A stretch of 64,000 nt of DNA. It comes from Lingula anatina (taxonomy: Eukaryota; Animalia; Brachiopoda). Shown piece by piece: positions 39,101-53,400 of the stretch. The notes beneath the pieces were generated by a model. It did no database searches. It worked only from the letters and a program-made list of their open reading frames with translations, and was not told the DNA's origin. The translations under genes were made by a program, and so were the position numbers. The stretch's first letter is position 1, and the number at the start of each line of letters is the position of its first letter. The stretch covers positions 20,332,587-20,396,586 of the forward strand of contig CM120648.1 in NCBI GenBank assembly GCA_051362555.1, read 5' to 3'.

Positions 39101-42100
39101 GTGCTATATCCCTGCCTACCACCAGTGTGCCAGTGAGGCTAACCCGGGTCTTCACTGGGTACTGGCTGAGAGTCTTCAGAGCATTCTCCATACCCTCTTT
39201 AAGATTAATCTGAAAGGAGACAAGTCTTTAACTTTTCTGGATTGTGACCAGTCCATCTTATTCATCTAAAAAGGGACCAGTCTGTATCATATTATTCTGA
39301 ATGAGTAAGTCTTAACTTATTAATCTGAGGTAGGGGCAGTCTATACGGTAATGTGCCATGAATTTCGAACAGTAGAAAATAATTAAATTTGGGAAAAGAT
39401 CGTTCTGGCCGAAATTCATGAAATGGAGGTGCTCAGAACTTCTGAAAGTTCGAATTTCATGGAATTCTGTCAATTTTGACCGGAAGTTGTCTGTTCGTCG
39501 CTAGGCCTTCTGTTATCTTCTCCCGACGATCTATTTAGAGTTACCATAATGTATGATGTGTGAGTGTCGGTAATTGCGACCAAAGGCATACACGTACTTT
39601 CACCCGATCACTGTGTATGGCCCATAGCAGGCCCGTAGCCAGCAATTTCAAAAGGGGGGTTCTTTTTCTGAAAAAGTGGACCTTTTTTCATAAAAACTTC
39701 ATGAACCTAAATTTTATCCAGAGTGGACCTTTTCCCACCAAAAGGGGTGGTTCTTTCGAACCCCCCGAACCCCCCTGGCTACGGGCCTGCATAGATAGAG
39801 CGGTACTGTTGTCTAGGGCCGCAAAACAGCATCGTTATCAGTAGTGTCGTTCTTCAAAAGCGATTCTGGCAGCCAGAAACTAGTGTCGTTTTTCAAAAAC
39901 GATCCTGGCGCTCAGAACGGGAGTGGACGGAGGGAGAGATGGTCGACGATTAGCGTCTGCCACGCCCAGATAACCTTTACTATGGAAGCTTAGTGTTACC
40001 GTTGCTCCTTTCCGTGCACTGAAACCGAGACGACAGCCGATCAGTGTCTATGGCGCACGTGCAGGTAGCCTTCATCTGCGATAAGTGTCTTCCGCGACCA
40101 GGTTCGTTGCCTTTACCGTTAAAGTCGGGCGGAGCTTTACGCGCAAATGCGTCCTCATCTCGCCGTTCGCGGGTCGGTGTCTCCGACGCATACGTAGCCT
40201 TCCCTGCAGAAGCCGGCCTCGGCACTACGGCCTCTCCTCCGTGCGGGGAGGCCACTACGACCGCAGATCGGTATGTGCGGCGCACAGGTAGCCTTCGCCA
40301 CGGCAGCCGAACTGTGTATTACGGTCTCTCTCCGTCGTGCGCTGCGACCAAGATGACCGCTGATTGTTGTCTGCGATCAAATATACTAGGTTTTTTGGGG
40401 GGGGGCCGTTTTTTTTTTTTTTTGTTTTTTTTTCGCTCAGGCAACCCAATCTTAACCAGCAGCAGCAACTGATTTCCTGGCGCATAGTTGCGTCAATGTA
40501 CGCATTTGAAAAGCGTGTACGTTTTGTCATTGAAACCATCTTCAAACAAACGCGAGAGATAGGTAATCTAGAGTAAACCGAAAAGGCAGTTTTTATATTC
40601 GTTCAAGGGACTGGAAGATCGTCAATGGGAGATAGTGAGCGATCTGAGCGCGACAATAAGCCAATTTCCACACTAGTTCAAGGGACTTCGTTACCATATT
40701 CGTCAGCAAGAGATCGTCAGCGATCCGAGCAAGCATAGAAGCTTGGACTTTTTGTCCATGCCAGAAGGCAATTTTCATGTAGTCAGCAGGATATAGTTTG
40801 CTGGTTTGCGACAGGGGAGTAACCAGGCATACGCACGGATACACTGTGCGTATATAATTTTTTGGCCAACCATGATATTATTCTCTATAAATCTAGTGTA
40901 CTTTTCAAGGAATATTATCGAAAATCCCCTTCGATTATAAGTTAACGTCACCTGAATGTACAAATTCTCTTTATAATTTATATATGCACCATTGTTCTGA
41001 CACCCTTCTCGTTTGCTTTCACAGAACTGAGGTAAACAATACTCCTTACCATCTGAAGACCGATCTTAATCTTCCATCTAGCTGGAACTTGCTTTACCTC
41101 TTAATTAGAGGGTAAAGTGCCCTTCAGCTCACAGGTAGCTTTTGTCTTGAGTGTATCGAACGCGATATTTATCTCAGATAAAAATCTACCTGTGTGTTAT
41201 TTTCAAAGAGCTGCTCCAGCAGACCTGGGGGCACTAGATAAATCTGATCATCGGGCTAAACAAGGATCCAGAGAAACAAAGGAAGATAGACGGCTTGCGA
41301 CTTTTTTTTATGACGTCTTGGCTTGTCGGGACAGCCGTGGACGTTGTAAGAAATTTTCTTAGAGTAATTTGACGTACCTAGCTTTTATGATGCGTCACAG
41401 ATGAATGGTACTACTTTGTAGTGTACGCTGATATTCAGTCACGACGAAACTACTTCCTAAAGCTTACAAAACACAATAAAATGTTTCTATGAACTTTAAG
41501 ATACACATTCCACGCCGTATGCAGCAGTGACAAGAGTGATCTTCATCCGGGACAAAACACTAAGCAAACGACAGGCCAATTTGTGAAAGGGGACACCTTC
41601 CGGACCTTCATACGCACGGCAACTGACAAAGCTGATTGACAAAAAGGAAAATTTCAAATTTTCAGCGAGAGATCGTTCGCAATCCGAGAGAGACCAGGAG
41701 GCAATTTTCATATTTGTTAAAGAGACTTTGTAAGCCAAAGGGCGAGACGAGAACGCAATTTTCGTATCGTCAGCGTCGCACTTCAGCGCCGAGTGAAACG
41801 AGAAAGCTCATACTCGTTCAGTGGCTTTCGTTTGCAGAAGATCGTCAGCCGGAGATCGTTCCTCGTTTGTTTTTAACCCTCCATCCCGCCCCATTGGAAT
41901 TTATAATTTTTAAAAATATTTTTCAATTCATCTGTACATTTCAAGTGACTTCATTAGCGGAAGATCGTCAGCGGGAGATCGTGAACGATCTGAGCGAGAC
42001 AAGAAAGCAATAATGGTAATCTTTATTGCAGCTCTTAATATTGCTCTTTTGTTCTGTTACTGAGGTCTCTACTGTTCACAATGCTTATGTGCGCCTCAGC

Positions 42101-45100
42101 AAAACTACCGATCGCTATCTCACACCGAATACTGCGGTAAAGAAACAACAGCCCGACAGTACAACTCTTAATAGATTCCACTGTTATCTGAATGAATGGA
42201 TATGACGATGTTGTTTAGCGTCCTAAACTAACTGTACCGATCGTTATCTTGCACCTTGGGCCGCACACGTAGTACTCAGGTAAAGGTACGCTAGGGCAAC
42301 ATTGCCGACTGTGAGATCTTTGTAAGCGCGAGAATAGCCCGGTGGCCGATTTTAAGGTGTACGAAATTCACGAAATCAAGATTGCGCAAAATTGCTTACT
42401 GGCCGAAATTCATGGTCCAGAAAAAACTCCAGACGGCCGATTTTAAGATCGTTCGAAATTCAAGAGCCGTTCGAAATTCATGGCACTTTACCGTATATCT
42501 TATAAGCATTAGAATCACATGAAGAGTACTATGATGCCAAATTATATTAACCACACATAATTGTTAGCAATGTTGTAAGTGGTTATTTTATAAATTAATG
42601 CAATCACTTCATTTCATAACTGTTTTTATCATTCTTATCTTTCTTTGATGTAATAAAATTACAACAAGAGTAAAGTTTAAATTTTAATTAGAATTTTTTA
42701 AAAAACTTAAGTATGTCAAACACTATGAAGATCACATTGGCTTTACAAAAAAATTAAACAAAGTTTTAATAAATATTATAAACATGAGGTATATCAATTA
42801 CTGTTCTTGCATTTAACTAAATTACTTCTCTACCTAAATTATGTGGTAAAATATCAGGTAAATATTTGGTACTGATACTCACCTTAATTACTTCTCTACC
42901 TAAATTATGTAGTCAAATATCAGGTAACTATTTGGTACTGATACTCACCTTAATTACTTCTCCACCTAAATTATGTGGTAAAATATCAGGTAAATATTTG
43001 GTACTGATACTCACCTTAATTACTTCTCTACCTAAATTATGTGGTAAAATATCAGGTAAATATTTGGTACTGATACTCACCTTAATTACTTCTCCACCTA
43101 AATTATGTGGTAAAATATCAGGTAAATATTTGGTACTGATACTCACCTTAATTACTTCTCTACCTAAATTATGTGGTAAAATATCAGGTAAATATTTGGT
43201 ACTGATACTCACCTTAATTACTTCTCCACCTAAATTATGTAGTAAAATATCAGGTAAATATTTGGTACTGATACTCACCTTAATTACTTCTCTACCTAAA
43301 TTATGTAGTCAAATATCAGGTAACTATTTGGTACTGATACTCACCTTAATTACTTCTCCACCTAAATTATGAAGTAAAATATCAGGTAAATATTTGGTAC
43401 TGATACTCACCTTAATTACTTCTCTACCTAAATTATGTGGTAAAATATCAGGTAAATATTTGGCACTGATACTCACCTTAATTACTTCTCCACCTAAATT
43501 ATGTGGTAAAATATCAGGTAAATATTTGGTACTGATACTCACCTTAATTACTTCTAACCTAAATTATGTAGTAAAATATCAGGTAAATATTTGGCACTGA
43601 TACTCACCTTAATTACTTCTAACCTAAATTATATAGTAAAATATCAGGTAAATATTTGGTACTGATACTCACCTTAATTACTTCTCCACCTAAATTATGT
43701 GGTAAAATATCAGGTAAATATTTGGTACTGATACTCACCTTAATTACTTCTCCACCTAAATTATGTGGTAAAATATCAGGTAAATATTTGGCACTGATAC
43801 TCACCTTAATTACTTCTCCACCTAAATTATGTGGTAAAATATCAGGTAAATATTTGGTACTGATACTCACCTTAATTACTTCTCCACCTAAATTATGTGG
43901 TAAAATATCAGGTAAATATTTGGTACTGATACTCACCTAATTACTTCTCCACCTAAATTATGTGGTAAAATATCAGGTAAATATTTGGCACTGATACTCA
44001 CCTTAATTACAGTGGTCGGAATAATTTTGTTTCCGTTGTACACCGGTGTAACAACATTCGAAATGTTTTAATCCCTATCTTGTGAATAGAAGGGGGCGGA
44101 CAAACAATGGAGGGCCGTATAAATCCCTTCAAAATTCGAACGCACAAACACAATAGCTTAGGTGGAATAACACAATACTTAATACGAGTGAACCCCATGA
44201 CGCCGGTTTCTGTGGCCCAGCGCGAGCGTGACAATCCGCTGTAACTAGGTGTAATTAACAGCAGGATACATCAGCCAAAACGTCCCTATTGTTTGTTGCG
44301 GCGATAGGATCATAGCTTGAAGAGGCTAAACCCATGCTAAGGCGTGCCACGCGAAGCGAACTGTCCTTTTGTTCACTAGTTTGGCACGCGCAGCTGGTTT
44401 TTAGTGTTGCTAACAAACTGCTAGTTAAATTTGTTATCAGTTATTTCATCCTATATGAAATTTCCGCAGTCAAAAATTGAACTAATTATTGTTTGTTTGG
44501 TTGAAATGCATGAGCGTCAGCATCAATCTGTCTCAAAAAATTCCTATTGCATTAATTTATAAATGTATAATTTATTTATGTACTTACGTTTTAATTTGAA
44601 ATATCTGCATTCAAGCGTTCCAGTATTTATAAAACATGAATGATAATGAAAGAGGAATAAGGAAATAACATATTGCTTATATTATGCTTATATTATAATA
44701 ATGAAATTAAATGAGGTGCATTGACATAGGCGCAATGACAATCCAACTACAACGTGCAACAGGGGGAAGTCTGGCTGTATGATCATACAATATACGAAAG
44801 TACGGTCAATTAAAAGTGTAAATCATCAGTTAAAGAGGAGGGGGTCTTACTATAGCTCGCTATCTATTGTTAAACCCGACTGTTATTATCTCTCGAACAA
44901 GCTTAAAGCATGCCTATACAATTACTGTGCCTCCGGCTGCCGTTCAGAAACACCATGTCGAACATATTTTGCTACAGTGAGAAACATGGTACACTAGCGA
45001 CTTGTTTTAGATCACTCAAGAAAGGATGCATACGTGCGACACCAGAGGAAAAACAATCAAGTATGCATCTGATCCATTAATAGTAATTGCACAGTGCATG

Positions 45101-48100
45101 TTACTAGACCTTTGTCCAAACCCAGTAGTCAGGAGTAGGATGTTTGGATAAAAAGCTTCTATTCAACTCGCTTAGACCTAGGGCGTGATGCTATCATTCG
45201 ATGAAACACGTAACTGAACCCTCTACCTGAACCTGAAGTCCCTTTAGCTGAAACAAAAACTGCCCCTTGAACATGTCCATTTTTTAATCGTCTAATGATT
45301 TGTGATTTCATGGAACGTCTTTCATCGAAAGCTTTCAAGTGACAATAACCGAACCGTGTGTTGATTATTTATTAAAGCGTAATTAAGTTTATTCAACATG
45401 ATCTATTTTCTAAACGATACTTGCCAAGATTGAGCTTGGATTGATCACCGTCACTATTTAGCTACTCGCCTAAAATGCGTGCTGAACGACAGACAACTTA
45501 AAAATATTATCTGTGTAACTGTGCAAATGAACGCATTTAGTTAAAATATAACGAACATATTTATATTTGTTCCTTTAAAACCAGTGTAAGGTTAACGCCA
45601 AATCAAAGCAAGCCTTGCAGACTGGTTTTGTTTAAACTGTCTTGCATCAAGTAAAGCTAAGTAAAGCCTGTTTCTACTTCGCAGTGTTCATCCCAGCCAT
45701 AAAACTGCATGAAGGATAACAAGACTCCGTAGACCTGTGCTTCAGGTTTCCAGGAGTCCCGTGTAACACAATAATATCGAAGGCCTGAGAGTAATACATA
45801 TATAAGGCCGTGTATGAAAGATTTAACAAATTAGAAATTCAAGAATTTAAACATGCTAGGTACATGCACATCACTTAATAAGTCATTTCACAAAAATCGC
45901 ATCTAATTGTTTAGATTAACCTTTACTTTTATCGATCTCATCCCATTGTCTCAACCACCTAAAAGAAATATAGAGAACATGAGGAAAAGTAACACGTTTA
46001 CATGCAGGCGAAGGAGTTATACTTCAATATTTATCGCGAACAATATCAACAGCGACTAAAGACCGTTGCCTGTCTTTCACACTTTTACACAAACACACGA
46101 AGGTTTAATAAAGGGAGTCGCGGCGCGATATCTATCTCTTTCATTTGAACAAACAAAGGGCTGACCCGAAGTAAGCTTTCTATACTAATGTCCTTTTTAT
46201 TGTATATAGTAATTACTCTACTTGCTCGCCTCCATTGTCTTGTAAAAGTGACAAAGAATGTGTTGTATTCACACACGAGTTGAAAGAACTTTGCATAACT
46301 CCTTTGCCTTAAGTTGCATAATGTCTTTCTCAAGGTTATAATCAGTGTGAAGAGGGTGTCTTGCCTCATTTAAAAAGGGCGTTGTTCTTCATACTGGTTG
46401 TTGCTTAACTTATGCTAATCTTAAACTTTTATGTACCAATATGGTTTTAATAAATCGCCAAAATTATGAATTTAATGAACATTGTGTATCAAACGTTTTG
46501 ATACGATTTAAATAAATGGACGAGGAGGATTACGGTATTAGGTTCTATTTACCTCTGGCTTTAACTTCGCCCTGCTATATAAATGAACAAATGTTGCAGA
46601 TCGTAACAAAAAACTTTCTTATAGTGTTTTATGACATATACTGTATGATTTACACATTTGATAGTGAAACACTCCTCGACTTTAACGAATCACCTGACGT
46701 AAACTGTCTACCCGCGCTCCCCGAAAAAACTGTTTCTTTTCATTTTGAAATGAATTGCTTTTAAGGCAAAGAAGTCCATTAAACCCTTTAGTCTCAATAT
46801 CATTGTACAGCATGTTGTAATCGATATTTAAAAAAGTTAATTTTTGTACTCCGCTTTCATCGAGGATACCTCAAGTTGAGGTTACAATTACGTCGCTCGC
46901 CTATGCTACTGGAATATATATTTAAGGACAAATTAAGCTTTGTAAAGTCACACACCACAGATACTTAATTTTGTCTTGAATGAAAAAATAGCCTCAAATT
47001 ATCGTTTTGTGCTTAAACCTTTCATTACTTGAACCACGATCTGTACTATAGCTACCAAGACGTACATGCATCAAGTTGGGTCTGCTGGGGGAGGGGAGCA
47101 TTTAAATGATAAAGGAAGTCTACCTGCAAAAGCAGCAGCAGTGGTTTAAATAATCGCTATCTAGACTCCTTTTTCTTTGACAGCAACATAAAAAGTGTTT
47201 ACGGAGAAAGTCACAGAAAGACCCAACGTTGTTTTGTCTTCAGCATTTCCTCTTCCTTGTTATCTGCAATTACTATCGTCAATTAATGAAATCGAGAAAG
47301 AAATTAAGTGACGGCACATTGAATATACACATTGTAGTCACTAGGTGCATTTCGCTGAGTGTTTACAAGATCTAACGACACATTTTATCGCCACGCGTTC
47401 TAGTTTGATTAGTTTAGAAAATTAAACAGTTACTCTGGCGGCTCTCCGTCATTGCTATGAATCTGACATCGAATTTAATCCAAAATATTAGTAAATTCAG
47501 AATTATTAGCTAAAACGTAAATTGCCCTAATTTGTCAGATAATCAAAAATGCCGGTGATCCACGCGGAGGGTACGCTTTCCTGAAGGTAGCGGCGACGAA
47601 CGGCGACGATATTTTTCTGAATAGTGAACCTTTATTATTTACGAAAAGCCCCCTTTTCAACAGGCGCGTTTTATTAATTACTTCATGTCACAAAGTTAAT
47701 TTATACAGGCAAAACTTTATTCAAGGAAATAGTTTCACGAAATGAACGAGAGTAAATTATAAGTCGGCACAAATATAAGGTATACAACAATGAGTCATGT
47801 TATGGATCATGTTATGGGCCATGTCGGATTATAATGGCATACCTTGATGCAAAACTGTCTATCGTTTCTTCCACCGCGAGTCCCTTTATTTAATGTAATG
47901 TATTACTCATTACCCGTTTCATTTGACACTCTCTCTTTTTATCTCCCTTCCCCTTTCTCTTGTTAGAAGGAGGGTAAATAATTAAGCACTCAAAATCTGC
48001 ACCACCAATCTTCAGAAAAACATAAGTCAACGAACCAGTGGGCTGATCCACAACATCCGACAGAGTAAATTATAAGTCGGCACAAATATAAGGCATACAA

Positions 48101-50407
48101 CAATGAGTCATGTTATGGATCATGTTATGGGCCATGTCGGATTATAATGGCATACCTTGATGCAAAACTGTCTATCGTTTCTTCCACCGCGAGTCCCTTT
48201 ATTTAATGTAATGTATTACTCATTACCCGTTTCATTTGACACTCTCTCTTTTTATCTCCCTTCCCCTTTCTCTTGTTAGAAGGAGGGTAAATAATTAAGC
48301 ACTCAAAATCTGCACCACCAATCTTCAGAAAAACATAAGTCAACGAACCAGTGGGCTGATCCACAACATCCGACACAGCAGAATGAATCAAATAACAGCT
48401 AGCACAAATTTATATGCAGTTAGCTATAGTGTCACTACATACATAATCAGCTGCACGCGCGAAGCTGTTGAACAAAAGGATAGTTCGCTACGGGAGACCG
48501 TTTGTTTACATATGTACTCTAAGGGGGCGTGGCTACCCAGGCGACCAGGGGATTAGGCTAGTTACTATATGCCGTCAACAATCATTTAGCGACCCTATCA
48601 TTATACACTCTCTCTATTGTATTTTCCACCGCATTAATCGCAGTGTAATCTTCAAATGGTCCACGGGGTAAATGTACACATTCTTAATCCTAGTACGGTA
48701 CCTCTCTACCTAAATTATGTAGTAAAATATCAGGTAAATATTTGGCACTGATACTCACCTTAATTACTTCTAACCTAAATTATGTAGTAAAATATCAGGT
48801 AAATATTTGGCACTGATACTCACCTTAATTACTTCTCCACCTAAATTCTGTGGTAAAATATCAGGTAAATATTTGGCACTGATACTCACCTTAATTACTT
48901 CTAACCTAAATTATGTAGTAAAATATCAGGTAAATATTTGGTACTGATACTCACCTTAATTACTTCTCCACCTAAATTCTGTGGTAAAATATCAGGTAAA
49001 TATTTGGCTGGATCTGTTTCCAACTGTTCCAGATATACACCTTCCTCTGTAATCTTTCCAACAGCCTAGAGTAAGACATGAACATCTCTTCAATAATATC
49101 TGTACAGTTCATAGAAACACAGAAATTAAAACAAACATGATAGAAGCCATTTTACAACATAACCCGTATTTATGATCCCATACCTAGATGAGAGCAGTCT
49201 GCATGTATGAAGTACCTAGAAGTAGCATTTATAACTATTTTAATAACTGTTTTTATTTAAAAAAATTACTTGCGTAGTACATCCTATATCCAGAGTATGA
49301 TTTCTAATACCACGTAATATATGTATGATATATATAAAGCACACTGACCTGTCTGTCTGCTGAGCAGGAGACTCCAATACCCACAGGACAGGAAGCTCCA
49401 TGCCTGGGGAGACGTACAGCACGCACATCATGACAAAAATACTTTCCACCAAACTGTGCTCCGATTCCAGCTTTTCTAGTCAACTCTAGAATCTGCTGCT
49501 CCAGTTCCAAATCTCTAAAGCCTCTGCCATGTTCGTTACCTACAGAGTAGCCAAAGTCAGAATTGTTATCACATTTTGCCATGTGTGTTACCTAGAATGT
49601 GGTCAAAGTCAGAACTGTTATCACATTCTGCCATGTTTGTTACCTAGAATGTGGTCAAAGTCAGAACTGTTATCACATTCTGCCATGTTTGTTACCTAGA
49701 ATGTGGACAAAGTCAGAATTGTTATCACATTCTGCCATGTTTGTTACCTAGAATGTGGCAAAAGTCAGAATTGTTATCACATTCTGCCACATTCAGATGT
49801 GGACAAGTCATTCACCTATAACTGACAGTTACAGTAGACGCACCTGCCAGATGTGGACAACTCATTCACCTATAACTGACAGTTACAGTAGACGCACCTG
49901 CCAGATGTGGACAAGTCATTCACCCATAACTGACAGTTACAGTAGACGCACCTGCCAGATGTGGACAAGTCATTCACCCATAACTGACAGTTACAGTAGA
50001 CACACCTGCCAGATGTGGACAAGTCATTCACCCATAACTGACACTTAGAGTAGACACACCTACCAGATGTGGACAAGTCATTCACCCATAACTGACACTT
50101 AGAGTAGACACACCTACCAGATGTGGACAAGTCATTCACCCATAACTGACACTTAGAGTAGACACACCTACCAGATGTGGACAAGTCATTCACCCATAAT
50201 TGACAGTTACAGTAGACACACCTACCAGATGTGGACAAGTCATTCACTATAACTGACACTCAGAGTAGACACACCTACCAGATGTGGGTAAATCATCCAG
50301 GTATTTTGTTGAGGCCAGTTTCACAGTTTTCAAGTTGAACTCTGCTGAGGTTCCTCCTACCACCACTGCCAGATGGTAGGGTGGGCATGCTGCCGTCCCC
50401 AGGGTCT

Positions 50408-50448
<41 letters not shown>

Positions 50449-53400
50449 CAAAAGAGCCAAACCACAACATGCATTTTTTCTGTGGTGGAAAACAAAAACA
50501 AAGATCCCTTGCAGCATCCTTTCAGCTCTCTCATTAAGAACCTTCAATTTTTAGCTCTGTCATTAAATATGATTCAGGAACTTATTTTTATATTCAGTTT
50601 TCAGCTCTCTCAATAAAACATAATTCAGGAACTTTTTTATTTTTGTTGTTGTTGTTGTTGTTGCTCAGCTCTCATCTTGATCATGGCCCAGGAACTTCAG
50701 CCACATATCTACAAGCTGGTCTTAAAACAGATATAGTTATATACAATGTAAACATACAAACTTGTGCATTGTCAACTTACCTTAATTTTAGCATCCAAGA
50801 ACTCCAGCAGTTTACTGGGATTCAGCACAGCTTTTGTTTGTTGGAACAGAAAAGATTTATTGGCAGAGCCACCACCCTTGGCAATGAACAGGAAATCATA
50901 GCTGTGAGAGTTGGTGGCATACAGTTCAATCTGAGCAGGAAGGTTGGTGCCTGTGTTGGACTCTGTGTACATGTCAAGTGGTGCCACCTAGGGAACAATT
51001 TTACACAAGGCAGCAAAGCTGTCAAATGTACAGACAAAAAACAGAAAATAAAGATGCAAAATAGGTCATTTTGTCAATTTTGATGCAATAATAAATAATG
51101 CTTATAATAGCACTGTCATTCAACACTGAATTTTAATCATGCACAACAGGTACCATGGTCAATAACAGGAGCGAACCCAGAGATATTTTCTGACAGTATT
51201 CCAAAGTATCTATGTTGATCCATCCTCCATTTTGATGGTCTTCCAACACAAAAAAATAGATACCAGTCAATATAAACTTAATAACTTGACCGTCTTCCGG
51301 AAGACCCAGAAGATGGTCTCAATCCACCCCTTCAATAAGATTACAGTTTCAGGACCATGAGAGTTCAAATTCACATGATGAAAGTCTCAATTTTTGAAAA
51401 ATGATGACAGTGCATAAAATAATATTACATAATGTTTAAAGACATAAAAAACAATACAACTGCTTATGTGGAAATACAGAAAATGTGCAGAGCCTCAGGC
51501 GGATGAGAGTTAAAAGTCACAAATGCCAGTGTTTGAAAATTAAAAAGGAAAACATAACAAAACTAGAAAAGCACTCTGAGAGCGCAGACCTCTGCCAAGA
51601 CAGCAACTGTTGATTATTATTGCTTATTGATTGATTACTGATCCGGACCACCACCAAAAACTAATCATTGTCCTCCTTGCCCACTTCCGACAGTTCCTGA
51701 AAATTTCATCAAAATCGGTCCGTAACTTTTTGAGTTATGTTGATGACAGACAGGGGTGAAAACATAACCTCCTTGGCAGAGGTAAATATAATTCCAATGA
51801 AGCTGCTATTCAAACTTTTAATCTTCGAGTTTATATATATATATATATATACCACACTGTCCCACTCAAAAGTTTGTGCAAACGTGCTGATTTTAATGAG
51901 ATAGCTCATGTAATTCATAAGAGACTGAGTGCCGGCCTTATCAACGTTGATGATCTCTTTTCCAATACGGAGTGCCCCTTCCATGTACTGCGCCTGTGAT
52001 AGTCGGTTTAGTGGGATTTTGCTGTCCTTAACCGTTACAAGGAATGAGCCCATGTCTACTGCGTCTTTGTGTGTTGATCCGGGGACAAGGGAAACGTAGT
52101 CTCTGACGTCTCGGAATGGGTTTTTTTTAGGTGGTATCATATATATATATATATATATAACTTATTTGCAATATTAAACAAAATTTACATGCATACTTAT
52201 CACTGCTTCCTTATTATCAATCTAGCGGAGAGCTTAACCTTTGGGAGTTTACAGGGAAATATCAACATGTGTGCTTTATGTAATCTCATTTAAAGACCTA
52301 TTAATTAGGCAAATAACTTTATAACTCTGAAATTAGCTAAGTGATACCCAAGGGGGTCCACAGGAAGGCATCTAATCTAGCAGCCAGAGGCGAATTAGGA
52401 AGCTATCCAGTGTTAATTCATATGCTTGCCCTGGCAACAAAATACTGGTTTCACCTCAATAAGCTTAACTTTATGGGTAAAGAATCCCTGGCCACCTTAG
52501 CCCTCGACACAGACAGATTTGAAAGTAAAGGTGGTGCCTGGTCCCTTGGCATAAAGCAAATACTCCAAATTAGTGATGAAGTCGAGTGTTGGGATAGACC
52601 ATTAGCCAAACCGATTAATGTCTCAACAAAAAATATCCGGGTCTCTCTCGAGAAAGCGTATGAGCATCAATGGGGGGAGGCAATTAAGAAAAGTAGCAAA
52701 CTTAGAACATATACAAAATTTAAGAAGGATTTTAAGACCGAAAATTATGTGCTGACCTTTGATAAAGCACGGAGGGCTACATTCTGCAAACTAAGAATCA
52801 GCGCCCACTCACTCCATATTGAGAAGGGGAGGTACAGTAAACCCCCAACCCCACCCCACCTAAGATTATGTCAAATCTGTAATTCCGGAGAGGTTGAAGA
52901 TGAAGTGCATTTTATTCTGAAATGCGAGGCCTATAAGGAACTACGGGCGGCTTTCTACGAAAATATAAGTTTCCTGTGTAATACTAATGCCCTCTCTCCC
53001 CCGGATATGTTTATACACATCATGAATACAAAAGAAATGGATGTGATTACGCCCCTCCTCATATTTGTACAGAAATGCATGGAGAAGAGAGTAAGTCTTT
53101 CTGCGCACGTACAAACCAGATCATAGTACCAGTGTGAGACCCGTTATGCGCTGTCAGCAGAGACTGGGCGTGTAGATCAAACCTGGTAAATTGATTATGG
53201 AATGCGACATTCGTATACATGTGTACAGTCACTGATTTCAACAATTGCTAATCTATATGTATATATATATATTTATTTATCTATTTATTTGTCTGTTCTA
53301 TGTTCTAGCCACTAGTATCGTATTGTAATTGATTATACCTTTATGTGAAGGTGTTTGTCAATAAAGAATCTGAATCTGAATCCAAGGGAAATTTACAGAC

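Noticed and set aside
38414-39269. Several 200-270-aa repetitive ORFs
   Set aside because: They are translations of the 30-bp array. Only 39003-39209 (minus) is a real exon.
39980-40576. GC-rich overlapping ORFs, possibly a gene or structured RNA
   Set aside because: They lie inside a TIR-bounded element and show no recognisable protein or tRNA/rRNA motif.
21572-48671. Paired short ORFs in the two 4.4-kb elements as transposase exons
   Set aside because: No DDE or HTH motifs were recognised, and several frames differ between the copies.
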